Assembly (NCBI GenBank): GCA_965263035.1
Contig: OZ253580.1
Location: 4,544,001 to 4,608,000, forward strand
Origin: Acidobacteriota bacterium
GTDB taxonomy: Bacteria; Acidobacteriota; UBA6911; RPQK01; JAJDTT01
DNA: 64,000 bases
Direction of reading: 5' to 3'
Under the pieces are notes generated by a model, which was not told the origin of the DNA, did not search any database, and saw only the letters and a program-made list of their open reading frames with translations. This document shows, in pieces, positions 47,988-57,780 of this stretch (its first letter is position 1; the number at the start of each line of letters is the position of its first letter). Position numbers and translations under genes: made by a program.

Positions 47988-48869
47988 ATGGGAGAAGACC
48001 ACCTTCTCAAAGTCATCGCTGGTCATCCTGATCATCCTCTGGTCATCGGTGACATCCACATCCCCTGTTACGTCTTGGAGAATGAAAGTCGAGTACTCAC
48101 CCAAAGAGGACTATTCTTCGCAGTCAACAGCCGCATCGGACCCAGTGGGCGTGAAATCCTCAATTTCATAGATCGAAATTGGATAATACCCTTTATTTCC
48201 AATACTTTATCTTTGGGCGTGAAATCTCCAATCCCATTCCTTTGGAAGACAAAGAGGATGCTCGGATATCCCTCTGAACTCCTTCCAGATCTATGTGCCT
48301 CCATCATCAACGCTCATGTAGCCGGAGCCACAACGACCCGACAAGCTTCCATCGTAAGGAGAGCCTACACCTTGCAGGCTTCCTTCGCCAAGGTCGGAAT
48401 AGTTGCCCTGATCGATGAGGCCACCGGATACCAGACCATCCGAGACCGAGAAGCTCTTCACAAGCTCTTGGATCGTTTTCTGAGAGAAGAGCACGCCAAG
48501 TGGGCCAAACGATTTCCAGATGAGTTCTACATACAAATGTTCCGTCTCAAGAATTGGCCGTGGAGAGGCATGAAAATCAACCGACCTCAAGTCGTAGGCA
48601 TCTACACGAATCAGATCGTCTGGGATCGTCTTGCTCCTGGACTCAGAAAAGAACTCGAACGACGGAACCCACCGAACGAGAATGGAGAAAGGCCCTTCAG
48701 ACATCATCAATTTCTAACTGAGGACATCGGCCATCCTGCTCTCCAAGAACACCTTCACGGAGTGATCGCTATCATGCGAGCTGCTCAATCCTGGGCTCAC
48801 TTCCAAGATCTCCTGACGACTGCCTACCCAAAAAGACACGAAAACAAAATCCTCCCATACGACCAATAA
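47988..48869 (+). CDS. P63C-domain protein
   Basis: IPCYVLE, VGIVALIDEATGYQ, WAKRFPDEFY, RPQVVG, RHHQFLT. Confidence 0.85.
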   Translation: MGEDHLLKVIAGHPDHPLVIGDIHIPCYVLENESRVLTQRGLFFAVNSRIGPSGREILNFIDRNWIIPFISNTLSLGVKSPIPFLWKTKRMLGYPSELLPDLCASIINAHVAGATTTRQASIVRRAYTLQASFAKVGIVALIDEATGYQTIRDREALHKLLDRFLREEHAKWAKRFPDEFYIQMFRLKNWPWRGMKINRPQVVGIYTNQIVWDRLAPGLRKELERRNPPNENGERPFRHHQFLTEDIGHPALQEHLHGVIAIMRAAQSWAHFQDLLTTAYPKRHENKILPYDQ

Positions 48870-48879
48870 ACATCCCAAG

Positions 48880-49218
48880 TTACAGATTCTTAAAGTAATC
48901 GTAGACTTCCGTAACTGTCGCCGAATTGTCAAAGTCCTTTAGAACACGACCGCGTAGATTCTCCTCACGAACTTCGATTTTCACTGTCTTATGATTATAA
49001 GAGATCGCATATCGATTTCCGCCAATATGCACCCACATGCAATTCTTAAAGTCTCCATCCTGTGCCCGAACTCTAAGCTCTCCTTCCATTCGCCAAAGAA
49101 TCGCTCCAGTCATCACCAAGATAACCTCCCGGACATTCTTCGCATGATCCCGTGAGCGATACATCACACCTGAAATGTACCTACGAAACTCCCTAATCGT
49201 CGTAATCGTCGCCATCAC
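48880..49218 (-). CDS. VCH_CASS14-like integron-cassette-family protein
   Basis: YISGVM.RS.DHA.NV.E..GAILWR..KN.MWV.IGG.RYAISYNH..IEVRE pattern. Confidence 0.7.
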   Translation of the reverse strand: MMATITTIREFRRYISGVMYRSRDHAKNVREVILVMTGAILWRMEGELRVRAQDGDFKNCMWVHIGGNRYAISYNHKTVKIEVREENLRGRVLKDFDNSATVTEVYDYFKNL

Positions 49219-49470
49219 CTTCTCCTTATCTTGTAAGGGAGATTGTCTGCCTGACTAGATTCCTCCCAATGTAAACGATGTGAAAACTCGGGGATTGTCT
49301 ATTTAACTTGACGTCCCCGCATCACAAGACGCTCTATCTTCCTTCCCACTTGCCAAGGCGAAGTACTGGAGGAGGAGGCCACACAGGACATCTACAGTCT
49401 AATCGTCCGGGTATTATAGGAAGGCCACCTTCCCGAAGATTAACGACACGGCCAAGAAAGAGGGAGCATC

Positions 49471-49941
49471 TCACTTGGAAGCAAGCACCAGGATAAGAAT
49501 GGAAAGAAAATACGCCAAGATACCAATGGGCATCGTCCAGAGCGGACGGACGCCAAAGGATTCCATTTGAGGAGGTGCAAGGGTGACTAAAACTATCACC
49601 AGTCCTGGCGGTCTCACAATCGCTTTCTTCCACTTCTCCCAAATCAGAAGTTTTGCTATGAGTCGCAGCAGGACTGTGTAGTCTTGTCTTTTTAGATTCG
49701 ACACCCAGGCATCGACAAAGGTCGCTGCAAACACAAAGAAAAATGCCACGCGGAACATTCGACCGTAAAACCTTGCCTCATGAACCGCATACATATCCTC
49801 CGATTGGCCACCGGGGACGGCCAGCATCAAATCAATGATTTCCATCCATTGATAGAACTCCCAACCAAAACCGAAATTGAACAAGGCTGTGGCCACCGTC
49901 AGACCGACGAACTTTAACAATCTGACCAAGGACTTCAACAT
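49471..49941 (-). CDS. Hypothetical membrane protein (~4 TM)
   Basis: 156-aa hydrophobic ORF with GAGGA RBS. Confidence 0.55.
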   Translation of the reverse strand: MLKSLVRLLKFVGLTVATALFNFGFGWEFYQWMEIIDLMLAVPGGQSEDMYAVHEARFYGRMFRVAFFFVFAATFVDAWVSNLKRQDYTVLLRLIAKLLIWEKWKKAIVRPPGLVIVLVTLAPPQMESFGVRPLWTMPIGILAYFLSILILVLASK

Positions 49942-51255
49942 CTATTCTGTCCTCTCCTCGTGGATCATCTGTCCACGAAATCGGGACACCTTCAAGATGC
50001 TTTGTTCATCAAATCCCGATCCCGAACGCTTCCTCCAGCAGACTGTAATCGGCGACCAGGTCTAACATCTTCAGAGCACGCTTAGAGAATTGCATCGGGA
50101 CGAGTTTGTCGGTGATAAGCGCTGAGCGCAGTTTCATCCTTTCGACTGGGATATTCGTCAATTGTGCGAGCCGTTTTCGACTGGAGTGAAGGTACGACAT
50201 GCGGTCAAGGTGCCTCTGAATTGGTGTGCGGACACCGGCATTGGCGACGTTAGTATATTCGGCCAGACGCTCGCCAATCTCACCGATTGTACGATCGAAC
50301 CTTAGACGCTTGCACTCAATCACATAGACCACATCGGTATGAAGCTGCCAAGCGAGGACGTCAATATCGCCGAGTTCGCTGCCGCCGCCTAGACTAGTTA
50401 AATCCAACTCGCTATGCACCTTCCAGTGAAGTTCATTGAGCCGTAGAGCAACTCTGCGGTTGAAGTCATGACCATTCCGGTCAGCCACATGCCCGATCCA
50501 GGATTTCATCTCTTCGCTATCGAAGAGACTAGTGGGCAAGTCTCCAGACTCAGCCATGCCGAGGTAACCGAGCGTTCTATCGAGCAACGTTGGCATAATT
50601 AACACATCCGGATCCTTGTTGGTCGAGATCTGCACAAGAGGGCGGCGCATAAGCGACAGACGGCGATTGTAGCGCCAAGGATACCAGTCGCGCTTGTTGG
50701 CTTGCTCAGGTCTATCCTCATCCCACTTTGGCCTAGGTGACAAGGAAAACATTCCAAATGTACGTTCTGGATGCACCACTCCGAGGTGTCTCAATCGACA
50801 CAGCACATTACTTCTCGAGAGCCAGAAAAGCGCTGTGCGTTGCTCCAAAGCTTTCTCAGTGACACTAACAACAAATTTGCTGTATTGAGTTATGCTCAGA
50901 CCGAACTCCTTAGTGAAAGCTGCGTCGAAATCTTTGTCTATCACTTCCCCCTCACCATCACTCACAAGAGCCGAGCCATCGTTGTCCGCAGCCTTCTGGA
51001 AAGTTCGCTCGCCGTACGCCTCCAAAAAAGGGGCTAGCGTCCCGCCGATTGACAGATCAAAGCCAAACGAGCCGTTGGCATGCACGATGGGCTTATGAGC
51101 CACTAGATCATAGTACATTGCATCGCTCTGGCTGGCGCATTCCAAAAGTGTCACCACCTCCGCGATCAGAAAATCCAGGTCCGCACCAGTGCAGGCCATA
51201 CCGCCATGGCACGGCGAGGTGCAGAGTGCCATTTCTGTAATCACGCGACTAGCTA

Positions 51256-52405
51256 GTGTAGTGTCCCGTTAGTTCGTGTATAATAATAGGCGGTTCCTCA
51301 TTCAGAAAGGAGACTGCCTATGCCCCGCGGACGCAAACTTCCCCCCTTGGTACTCAGCGACGAGCAGCGACATCAACTCCAGGGAGTCGCCCGTTCCACC
51401 AGTCTGCCTCACGGCTTGGTCCTGCGAGCCCGCATGATCCTGGCCAGTGCCGAGGGCCTCACCAACCGGGCAGTGGCCGAACGGGTCGGGGCTTCGCCCC
51501 AAGCCGTCGGCAAGTGGCGTCGACGCTTCCTCGAACTCGGCGTTCAGGGCTTGCATGACGAGCTTCGTCCCGGTCGTCCCCGCAGCTACGACGACGAGAA
51601 GGTCGCCCAGGTGATCAGCCGCGCTCTGCAGCAGAAGCCGGCCAACGCCGAGAACTGGAGCGTGCGCTTGATGGGCGCCGCCGAGGGCGTCTCCAAGACC
51701 ACCGTGCAGCGCTGGTTCTCGCTTTTTGGCATCAAGCCTCATCTGGCCCAGACCTTCAAGCTCTCCAACGACCCCTTCTTCATCGAGAAGGTCCGAGATA
51801 TCGTGGGACTTTACCTCCATCCCCCCGACCACGCCATGGTGCTGTGCGTCGACGAGAAGTCTCAAATCCAGGCCCTGGACCGGACCCAACGGGCCCTGCC
51901 CCTGGGTCTCGGGTACGTTCAAGGATATACGCACGATTACATCCGCCACGGCACCACCACCCTTTTCGCGGCCCTGGATGCCGCCACGGGTCGCGTGATC
52001 GCTCAATGCAAGAAGCGCCACCGCCACCAGGACTTCCTGGCCTTTCTGAGGTTGATCGACCGGGAAGTGCCGCCCGATCTGGACCTCCACTTGGTCGTCG
52101 ACAACTATGCCACGCACAAGCATCCACGGGTCCGGGCCTGGATTGCCAAGCGGCCACGCTACCACTTACACTTCACCCCCACCTACGCCTCCTGGCTCAA
52201 CCAAGTGGAGCGCTGGTTCGGTTTGATCACACAGCGAGCGATCAAGCGCACCTCGTTCCGCAACGTGAGACACTTGGTGAAGACGATTGAGGAATTCACC
52301 CATCGATACAACCAAGAGGCGAAACCCTTCGTGTGGGCCGCCACAGCCCAATCCATCCTGGACAAGCTAGCACGATTATCTACTCGTATTTCCAGGACAC
52401 CACAC
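51256..52405 (+). mobile_element. IS630-family element
   Basis: TA duplication within CTAG; TIRs GTGT(A/G)GTGTCC. Confidence 0.93.
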
Positions 52406-52408
52406 TAG
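51320..52408 (+). CDS. IS630 transposase
   Basis: DELRPGRP, CVDEKSQIQAL, HDYIRHGT, VVDNYATHK, FTPTYASWLNQVERWF; stop codon formed by the target site. Confidence 0.95.
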   Translation: MPRGRKLPPLVLSDEQRHQLQGVARSTSLPHGLVLRARMILASAEGLTNRAVAERVGASPQAVGKWRRRFLELGVQGLHDELRPGRPRSYDDEKVAQVISRALQQKPANAENWSVRLMGAAEGVSKTTVQRWFSLFGIKPHLAQTFKLSNDPFFIEKVRDIVGLYLHPPDHAMVLCVDEKSQIQALDRTQRALPLGLGYVQGYTHDYIRHGTTTLFAALDAATGRVIAQCKKRHRHQDFLAFLRLIDREVPPDLDLHLVVDNYATHKHPRVRAWIAKRPRYHLHFTPTYASWLNQVERWFGLITQRAIKRTSFRNVRHLVKTIEEFTHRYNQEAKPFVWAATAQSILDKLARLSTRISRTPH

Positions 52409-54151
52409 GCCAGCAAGATCTCGTTGGCCATATCGCTCGTTCACAACTTGTACTACTTCCGCGGTATTGCTGTGCATTGCAAGTAGAGCAGCTGCCGCGC
52501 GGTGCCAATCCCTCCGATCCTTCTGGATTGCCTCGAAGTTCAAGAGAGACCGCTCGATCACGGTCGCACGGTCGAGGGTAAGCAACCGAGCCTTGATGCG
52601 TTCCCAAACCGCGTCCACCGCTTGTATCAAAATCTTATTAGCCCGAGACTCAGGGATTGGCCCTGGAGGTGAAGTCCAGCCCGCCTTACGTGCGAGGCCG
52701 AGACGACTCCATGCCAAATCCTCTGGTTGCAAGAACCTTGGTTGCGGCAACGGGACTGAGTCGTAGATTATATCTTTGGGATTTGTAGCAGGAATGAGGT
52801 GCAAGCAGCGTGCGTCGTCAGAACGGACTACATTCTGCACGAATTCGCTCAGCGCCGCCGCGTGTGGGACCGGGACATCGCAGAGCATGTACGCACCTCG
52901 CACCAGTGCGGCAATCATTAGGCGGTCGCCCACATTCTGCCTGTTAACAAAACTACGCAGATATCCGGGCGAGCACATGATCAACACTTTTCCGTTATAT
53001 ATCTCAACCGATGGTGCCGATGAAGGCTCTTTGATCAACGCGAAGTCGTCCGTAAATCTTTCTATATCTGGGAACCGAAGGCGGTAGGTGACAGGCGCTG
53101 GAGGTAGCGTTGTTAGTTGTTTCTCGAGTAACGGTGCCAAAGGAACCAGCCAGTTAAGGACCAATCTTACTATTTCGGCTACAAGGCGTCGAAGCCGTTT
53201 CGGTCCTCGAACCTCGTTACAATGAACCCACCATGGACGTGTGCTGGTCTCGACACACGCCAACAGTTCGCCCCCGACTGCGTGGTGGGGACTAACGAAA
53301 ACAAGCTGGTTTTGAGTTTCGCGAAAGAAGGTACTCGGAGTTTCACGCTCGACCTCGATCCATGATTTCTCATCTGGGGCGATGATGCCATGCCGGTCGA
53401 GAGCTACGCGCAGCCGATGACGCAAGAGCGCAATGGAGTCGGTGTGCAAATAGATTAGCCCAAGTTCCATGCTCTCTGGAATGAGTTCAAAATCCCGGCA
53501 AGAGGCGGATGCGTAAAGGTTTAAAAAGCCACCCAGGTTCAAGATGGAGACATCACGTTTTTGAAGCGCGGTCTCTTGATTGAGTAGCTTCCAGGCTCGA
53601 AGAGCTGTGAACTTGGATTCGCTCCCCAGAAAAATGAAGTCAGAGATGGGCAAGGCCAAACGCTGCCAACTAGGTGGAGGTTCGCCAAACTCGGCGAAGA
53701 ATCCACGTCCAATACCGCCGTGGACGAGCAAAGTCAATCCGCGGCGGTAATCGCGTTTGGACGCAAGAACCGCCGTGCGTGCGTTAATGCACTCGCCGAT
53801 CGCCCTCACGAGTGACTGAACGCTCTGAAGCCCTTCCCGAGCGGTCTCAGCGAGATCGTCTGGGACAAAGATTAGATGGACGTAACCGCCATCGTCGAAC
53901 TCCCCCACAAGATTCACTATACCTTCCGACCCGATTGGCTCCGGCGCGGTGGTCGATTGGATATTCCACGCTTGGCATCCCAGCGCGTAGACATTGTAGA
54001 GTTGTTCCTCAGTAGTTGCTGCATGAAGTACCTCAAGGTTCCCGGCCACGGTGGCTTGCTCAATGATAAATCTTCGGATGGCCGCGCCGATAGCAGTCGG
54101 GAGCGCGACGATCGTCTGGTCGTTGAAACGCACGAGAGGGCGGCGCTCTAA

Positions 54152-55916
54152 CCTGCATTTCTCATCAGTAGAACAATAAACGGAAGTTGAACCGTCGTCT
54201 GGGTGATTCTTTATCCATACGAGTTCAAGAGGCAGTTTTCGTGCTCGAACGTGCCGACCAACGGCCAGATGCAGCGCTTCTCCAGAGCCTTTTGACGCCC
54301 ATCCTGCGCTTCTGAGCGACGACTCTCGACCCGGTGCCCACTCCGGGGCGCAGTCCATCCTGGGGACTCCCAAGTCGCCATCGTCCAAAGAGTTCTTTCC
54401 ATCCGTTGCTAACAGCGAAGCGGGAGGGCTTGCACTTGCGTCAGAGCCGTCCTCAACAGCGCCGCATACGGATAGCTCTCGGAAAAGGACAACCAGACCT
54501 TGCGGCTGGTGATCCGGACCTGTGCCCCGATCTTCAGCAATCTCACCCGCAGGGTCCAGCTCTGCGCCCGCGCCAGCTTCGTCCCCGCCAGCCCCACCCG
54601 TCGCAACGTCTCCATCATCACGTAGGCGAATGCCGAGAAATACAACCGCAGTTGATTCCCCGCCAGCTTCCGGGTCGACGTGCGGTCCGCAAACAGACCC
54701 ATCTGCTGTTCCTTTATCCGATTCTCCATGTCTCCCCGCGCGCAGTAGACCTCCTCGTACAATCTTCGCCCATCGCATTCCTGGACCGGGACCGAAGTCA
54801 CGATGAATCGCGGGTTCTTTCCCCGGGGCAGGTGCTCCACCTTCGCCACCACCCGGCGCTCGCACGACCAACTCTTGTGCGTCTGATAGCGCAGTTCCTG
54901 GAACTGCCTCACGGCCTTCCCGATCGCCCGCTGCAACTGCCGGACGGTCTCCATCCGGGTCGCGATCCTCCGCTTCAGCCGATCGTTCTGCGCCAACCCC
55001 AGGACGTAATCGATCCCTTCCTTCTCGCACCAGACCATCAACTCGTCGTTGGAGAAGGCACTGTCCCCTCGAACCGTGATCCGCACCTGGGGCCACGCTT
55101 CACGCAGCCGCCTCACGATTGGTTCCAACTCCGCCACCACCCCGTGGGCCGCGCCTCGATCCGCCGTGCGCAGCCGCGCACGCAACAGGTGTTCCCCACA
55201 GAAGACGTACAGCGGCAGGTAGCAGTAGCGTTTGTAATAGCCGTGGAAGAACCGTCCCTCCTGCTTCCCATGCAGCGGATCGTCCGTGGCGTCTACATCC
55301 AGGATCACCTCCTCCGGGGGCTCCGGATGCGCTTCCACAAACACCTCCAGCAGCAGCTCGTCCATCCCCGCCGGGTCGGCCACGATCTTCTTGTACGCGC
55401 CCTCCGGTCCCTCCAACGGAGTCCGCTCCAGTCGGTTCAGGGTGCTCTTGCCTGCCAGCGGCTTGCCTCGATCCGACTCCACGCGCCGGAACTCCCCCGT
55501 CAGATCATCTCGATCACACAACAGCGCCAAGAGCCGGTCCCGGCACAACTCGTCGTGGTCGTTGAGGTCCTCGTAGCCCAGGCACAGCCCCAGCACCCGC
55601 TGTTTGATCAACGCCTCCACCGGGTGTTCGACTCGATCCGAGTCTCGATAGTCGGTGAAGCATTCGCTCAGACGACCCAGAATCCGGGTCCGCTGCTCCA
55701 CTTCGCGCAGGAGCACGCCACCGGCGTCGGAGGTGATCTCGCCGCCGTCGAACCGGCCCACGACATCCCGTCCGTCCAGGCCCTGAAATCTGAGCTTTAT
55801 TCTGGTACACTCTGCGGTCATAAGGTCGCGTCCCTTCTGCTTTGTAAGTTATTGATTACACAACACTTATAGCAGAAAACGCGGCCTTTATCAATCTTTC
55901 TGATGAGATATCCGGG
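54152..55916 (-). mobile_element. IS1380-family element
   Basis: TIRs CCTGCATTTCTCATCAG / CCCGGATATCTCATCAG; TSD CTAA; IHF-like site near 55846-55858. Confidence 0.93.
54409..55821 (-). CDS. IS1380 transposase
   Basis: TSDAG, GYEDLND, LDVDATDD.HGKQE, RGDS, YCARGDMENRIKE. Confidence 0.95.
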   Translation of the reverse strand: MTAECTRIKLRFQGLDGRDVVGRFDGGEITSDAGGVLLREVEQRTRILGRLSECFTDYRDSDRVEHPVEALIKQRVLGLCLGYEDLNDHDELCRDRLLALLCDRDDLTGEFRRVESDRGKPLAGKSTLNRLERTPLEGPEGAYKKIVADPAGMDELLLEVFVEAHPEPPEEVILDVDATDDPLHGKQEGRFFHGYYKRYCYLPLYVFCGEHLLRARLRTADRGAAHGVVAELEPIVRRLREAWPQVRITVRGDSAFSNDELMVWCEKEGIDYVLGLAQNDRLKRRIATRMETVRQLQRAIGKAVRQFQELRYQTHKSWSCERRVVAKVEHLPRGKNPRFIVTSVPVQECDGRRLYEEVYCARGDMENRIKEQQMGLFADRTSTRKLAGNQLRLYFSAFAYVMMETLRRVGLAGTKLARAQSWTLRVRLLKIGAQVRITSRKVWLSFSESYPYAALLRTALTQVQALPLRC

Positions 55917-57024
55917 CTAAGGCAGTATGTCCCAGCGTTTCTTCGACAAGTAGGGCTGCGTGCCTCGGCTGAAAGACAAACGGGTTGAGATCTTCAGGGG
56001 ATACGCCCAACGCAAAGATATCAGCTTCGCTAAAGCTCACGTGAGCTGCACACGACCTGAGGGTTGAAGCAGTGATCTTTATGGGTTGCTTCGGTAGACT
56101 TTCCGTGAGCGTGTTCCGGGTTGCGCAGACACGTTCAGCTACGGCTTCGCTGACGCGAAGCATGGCCATGACACGCCTCTGTACCACGGTTACCCAGGGA
56201 CGGTCCCTGATCCTAGACAGGGCAGCGAGGCACGTCTGAACATAGTGATCATTGTTGTGCCAATCGCCCATGAAAAGGCGAGCGTTGCCAAACGAAGTGA
56301 CGACATTTGAGACGAAAACATCTTCAATGGGGTCTTCAATCTCCGTAATCCGATCTTGGAGGATGATGACATTCAGCCATTCCTGCACCTGTCGTTGGGT
56401 CGGTGCCAGCGAGCCGTGACATGTCAACGCCGCAAGGTGAATGAGTGCCTCGATCCGTTTAGTAGCGGTATGGTTCTCAGGTTGTGTCAGCAATCCTGCG
56501 AGAGGTTGCGCTAGTGAAAGGAAGTTGAATTTTTCAAGGCGCCGAATCAACCTCTTGAGACGTAAGGCAATATCTTTGATTCGATAAACGTCATTGGCTA
56601 CAGACATTGCCATGAATTCGTTCATTGCATTACTAATCTGATCGTGTGGCGGCATATTTTCACTCATAACACATGCTCAGCGGATAACAGCGTGGCAACT
56701 GAGTTCACGATGATAATACTCAGAGGCTCTGTCTCGGTCTGAAATTGGGCCGTCGTCATGGGTTGGAATTAGACTGGTTGTCGCGCATGGAGCGGCTCGG
56801 GGAAGCCAAGTCGGGATTCCGCAACGTGACCGAGGCAAGCCAACACGACCAGTCCGGGCGGCCGAACAGTGATAAAGATGATGGGGGACTTCGCCAAAGA
56901 TCGGCAATCTCTTGGAACTTATTGAACCTCTCTCCGGTGCTTTCTCGGTGCCCTTTTGAGCCTTTCTCCCGGGCTTCCCGCAGAGACTATTGAGACGGGA
57001 GCGACCCTCCCAGAGAGTATGGCG

Positions 57025-57055
57025 GAGAGAGAAGGTGACAGTCACCTTCTCTCTC
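57025..57055. repeat. 31-bp palindrome (REP-like or terminator)
   Basis: GAGAGAGAAGGTGAC-A-GTCACCTTCTCTCTC. Confidence 0.7.
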
Positions 57056-57158
57056 GCGGTCACGTTCTCTCGCGACCGGCGGGCGGGAGCCGCACAGATC
57101 GAAACATCATTGAGTTGGGGGCAATTCCTGTAGCAGCGACCCTTGTGGCTGCCTGTCG

Positions 57159-57503
57159 CTACCGTTGACCAGAATGCGGCACGGGTCGAGCACCGTGGCG
57201 GCCTTCGTTCCGGGCTGCGACCGCCGTAGCGGGTTGAATGCCGGCAATCAGTCGGATCCTGTCCCCGGCCAGCTTGCGAAAGTCACACTCGACTTGGATG
57301 CCATGCCAGAACTTGTCCGACTGACCGAAGAAGGCGCCAAAACGAATCGACATGGGCGGAGTGATCGACCGCCGGCCAAGGACGATTTCATTAATCGCCC
57401 TCGGGGAGACACCAATGGCGCGGGCCATTGCATTCTGTGAAATCCCCATTGGCTTGAGGTATTCCTCAAGCAAAATCTCTCCGGGCGTGATGGGCTCTTT
57501 CAT
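57159..57503 (-). CDS. higA: HigA antitoxin copy 3
   Basis: Paralog of copies 1 and 2, including homologous 3' flank. Confidence 0.9.
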   Translation of the reverse strand: MKEPITPGEILLEEYLKPMGISQNAMARAIGVSPRAINEIVLGRRSITPPMSIRFGAFFGQSDKFWHGIQVECDFRKLAGDRIRLIAGIQPATAVAARNEGRHGARPVPHSGQR

Positions 57504-57511
57504 TCTCCTTT

Positions 57512-57529
57512 TCCTATAACGTTATAGGA
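57512..57529. promoter_or_regulatory. 18-bp palindrome TCCTATAACGTTATAGGA (candidate HigA operator)
   Basis: Perfect palindrome just upstream of the higA RBS. Confidence 0.55.
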
Positions 57530-57536
57530 TAGTTCT

Positions 57537-57600
57537 TCAATGTGAATCTACGATAACCTCCGATCGCCACCTGTTCTGGCCCTGTCTCGGTCCACCTGAA
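57537..57600 (-). pseudogene. higB: higB 3' remnant cut by an IS1380-like end
   Basis: FRWTETGPEQVAI; abuts CCCGGATTATTCAC at 57601. Confidence 0.65.
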
Positions 57601-57780
57601 CCCGGATTATTCACGGATGGGATTCAAACAGCTCTTGTTCGGCCCGAACACGGGCATCGGACCGCCTCAATCCGATCCTCGTCTGAACCTGCTTCCCCTG
57701 TTCTCGTGACGCTACGAAAAGTGGGGGAAGTCCTGATCCTTCTATCACTGCTTCCTCCAGATGGCTCGTGGTGAACTCCT

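Larger units (their letters stand above)
50009..56667 (-). pseudogene. 1245-aa protein with C-terminal PD-(D/E)XK nuclease domain, interrupted by IS1380 and IS630
   Basis: Removing both IS plus one TSD each restores one frame (HTA-LE-RRPL; DLAGL-ASRVITEM); GDIDVLAW..VIECK near the C-terminus. Confidence 0.85.

Noticed and set aside
48870-50010. Integron cassette array
   Set aside because: No attC-like inverted structures or integrase found; genes are in mixed orientation
52376-55096. 906-aa ORF as a real gene
   Set aside because: Chimera of an alternative IS1380 frame, the middle of the disrupted gene and the IS630 end
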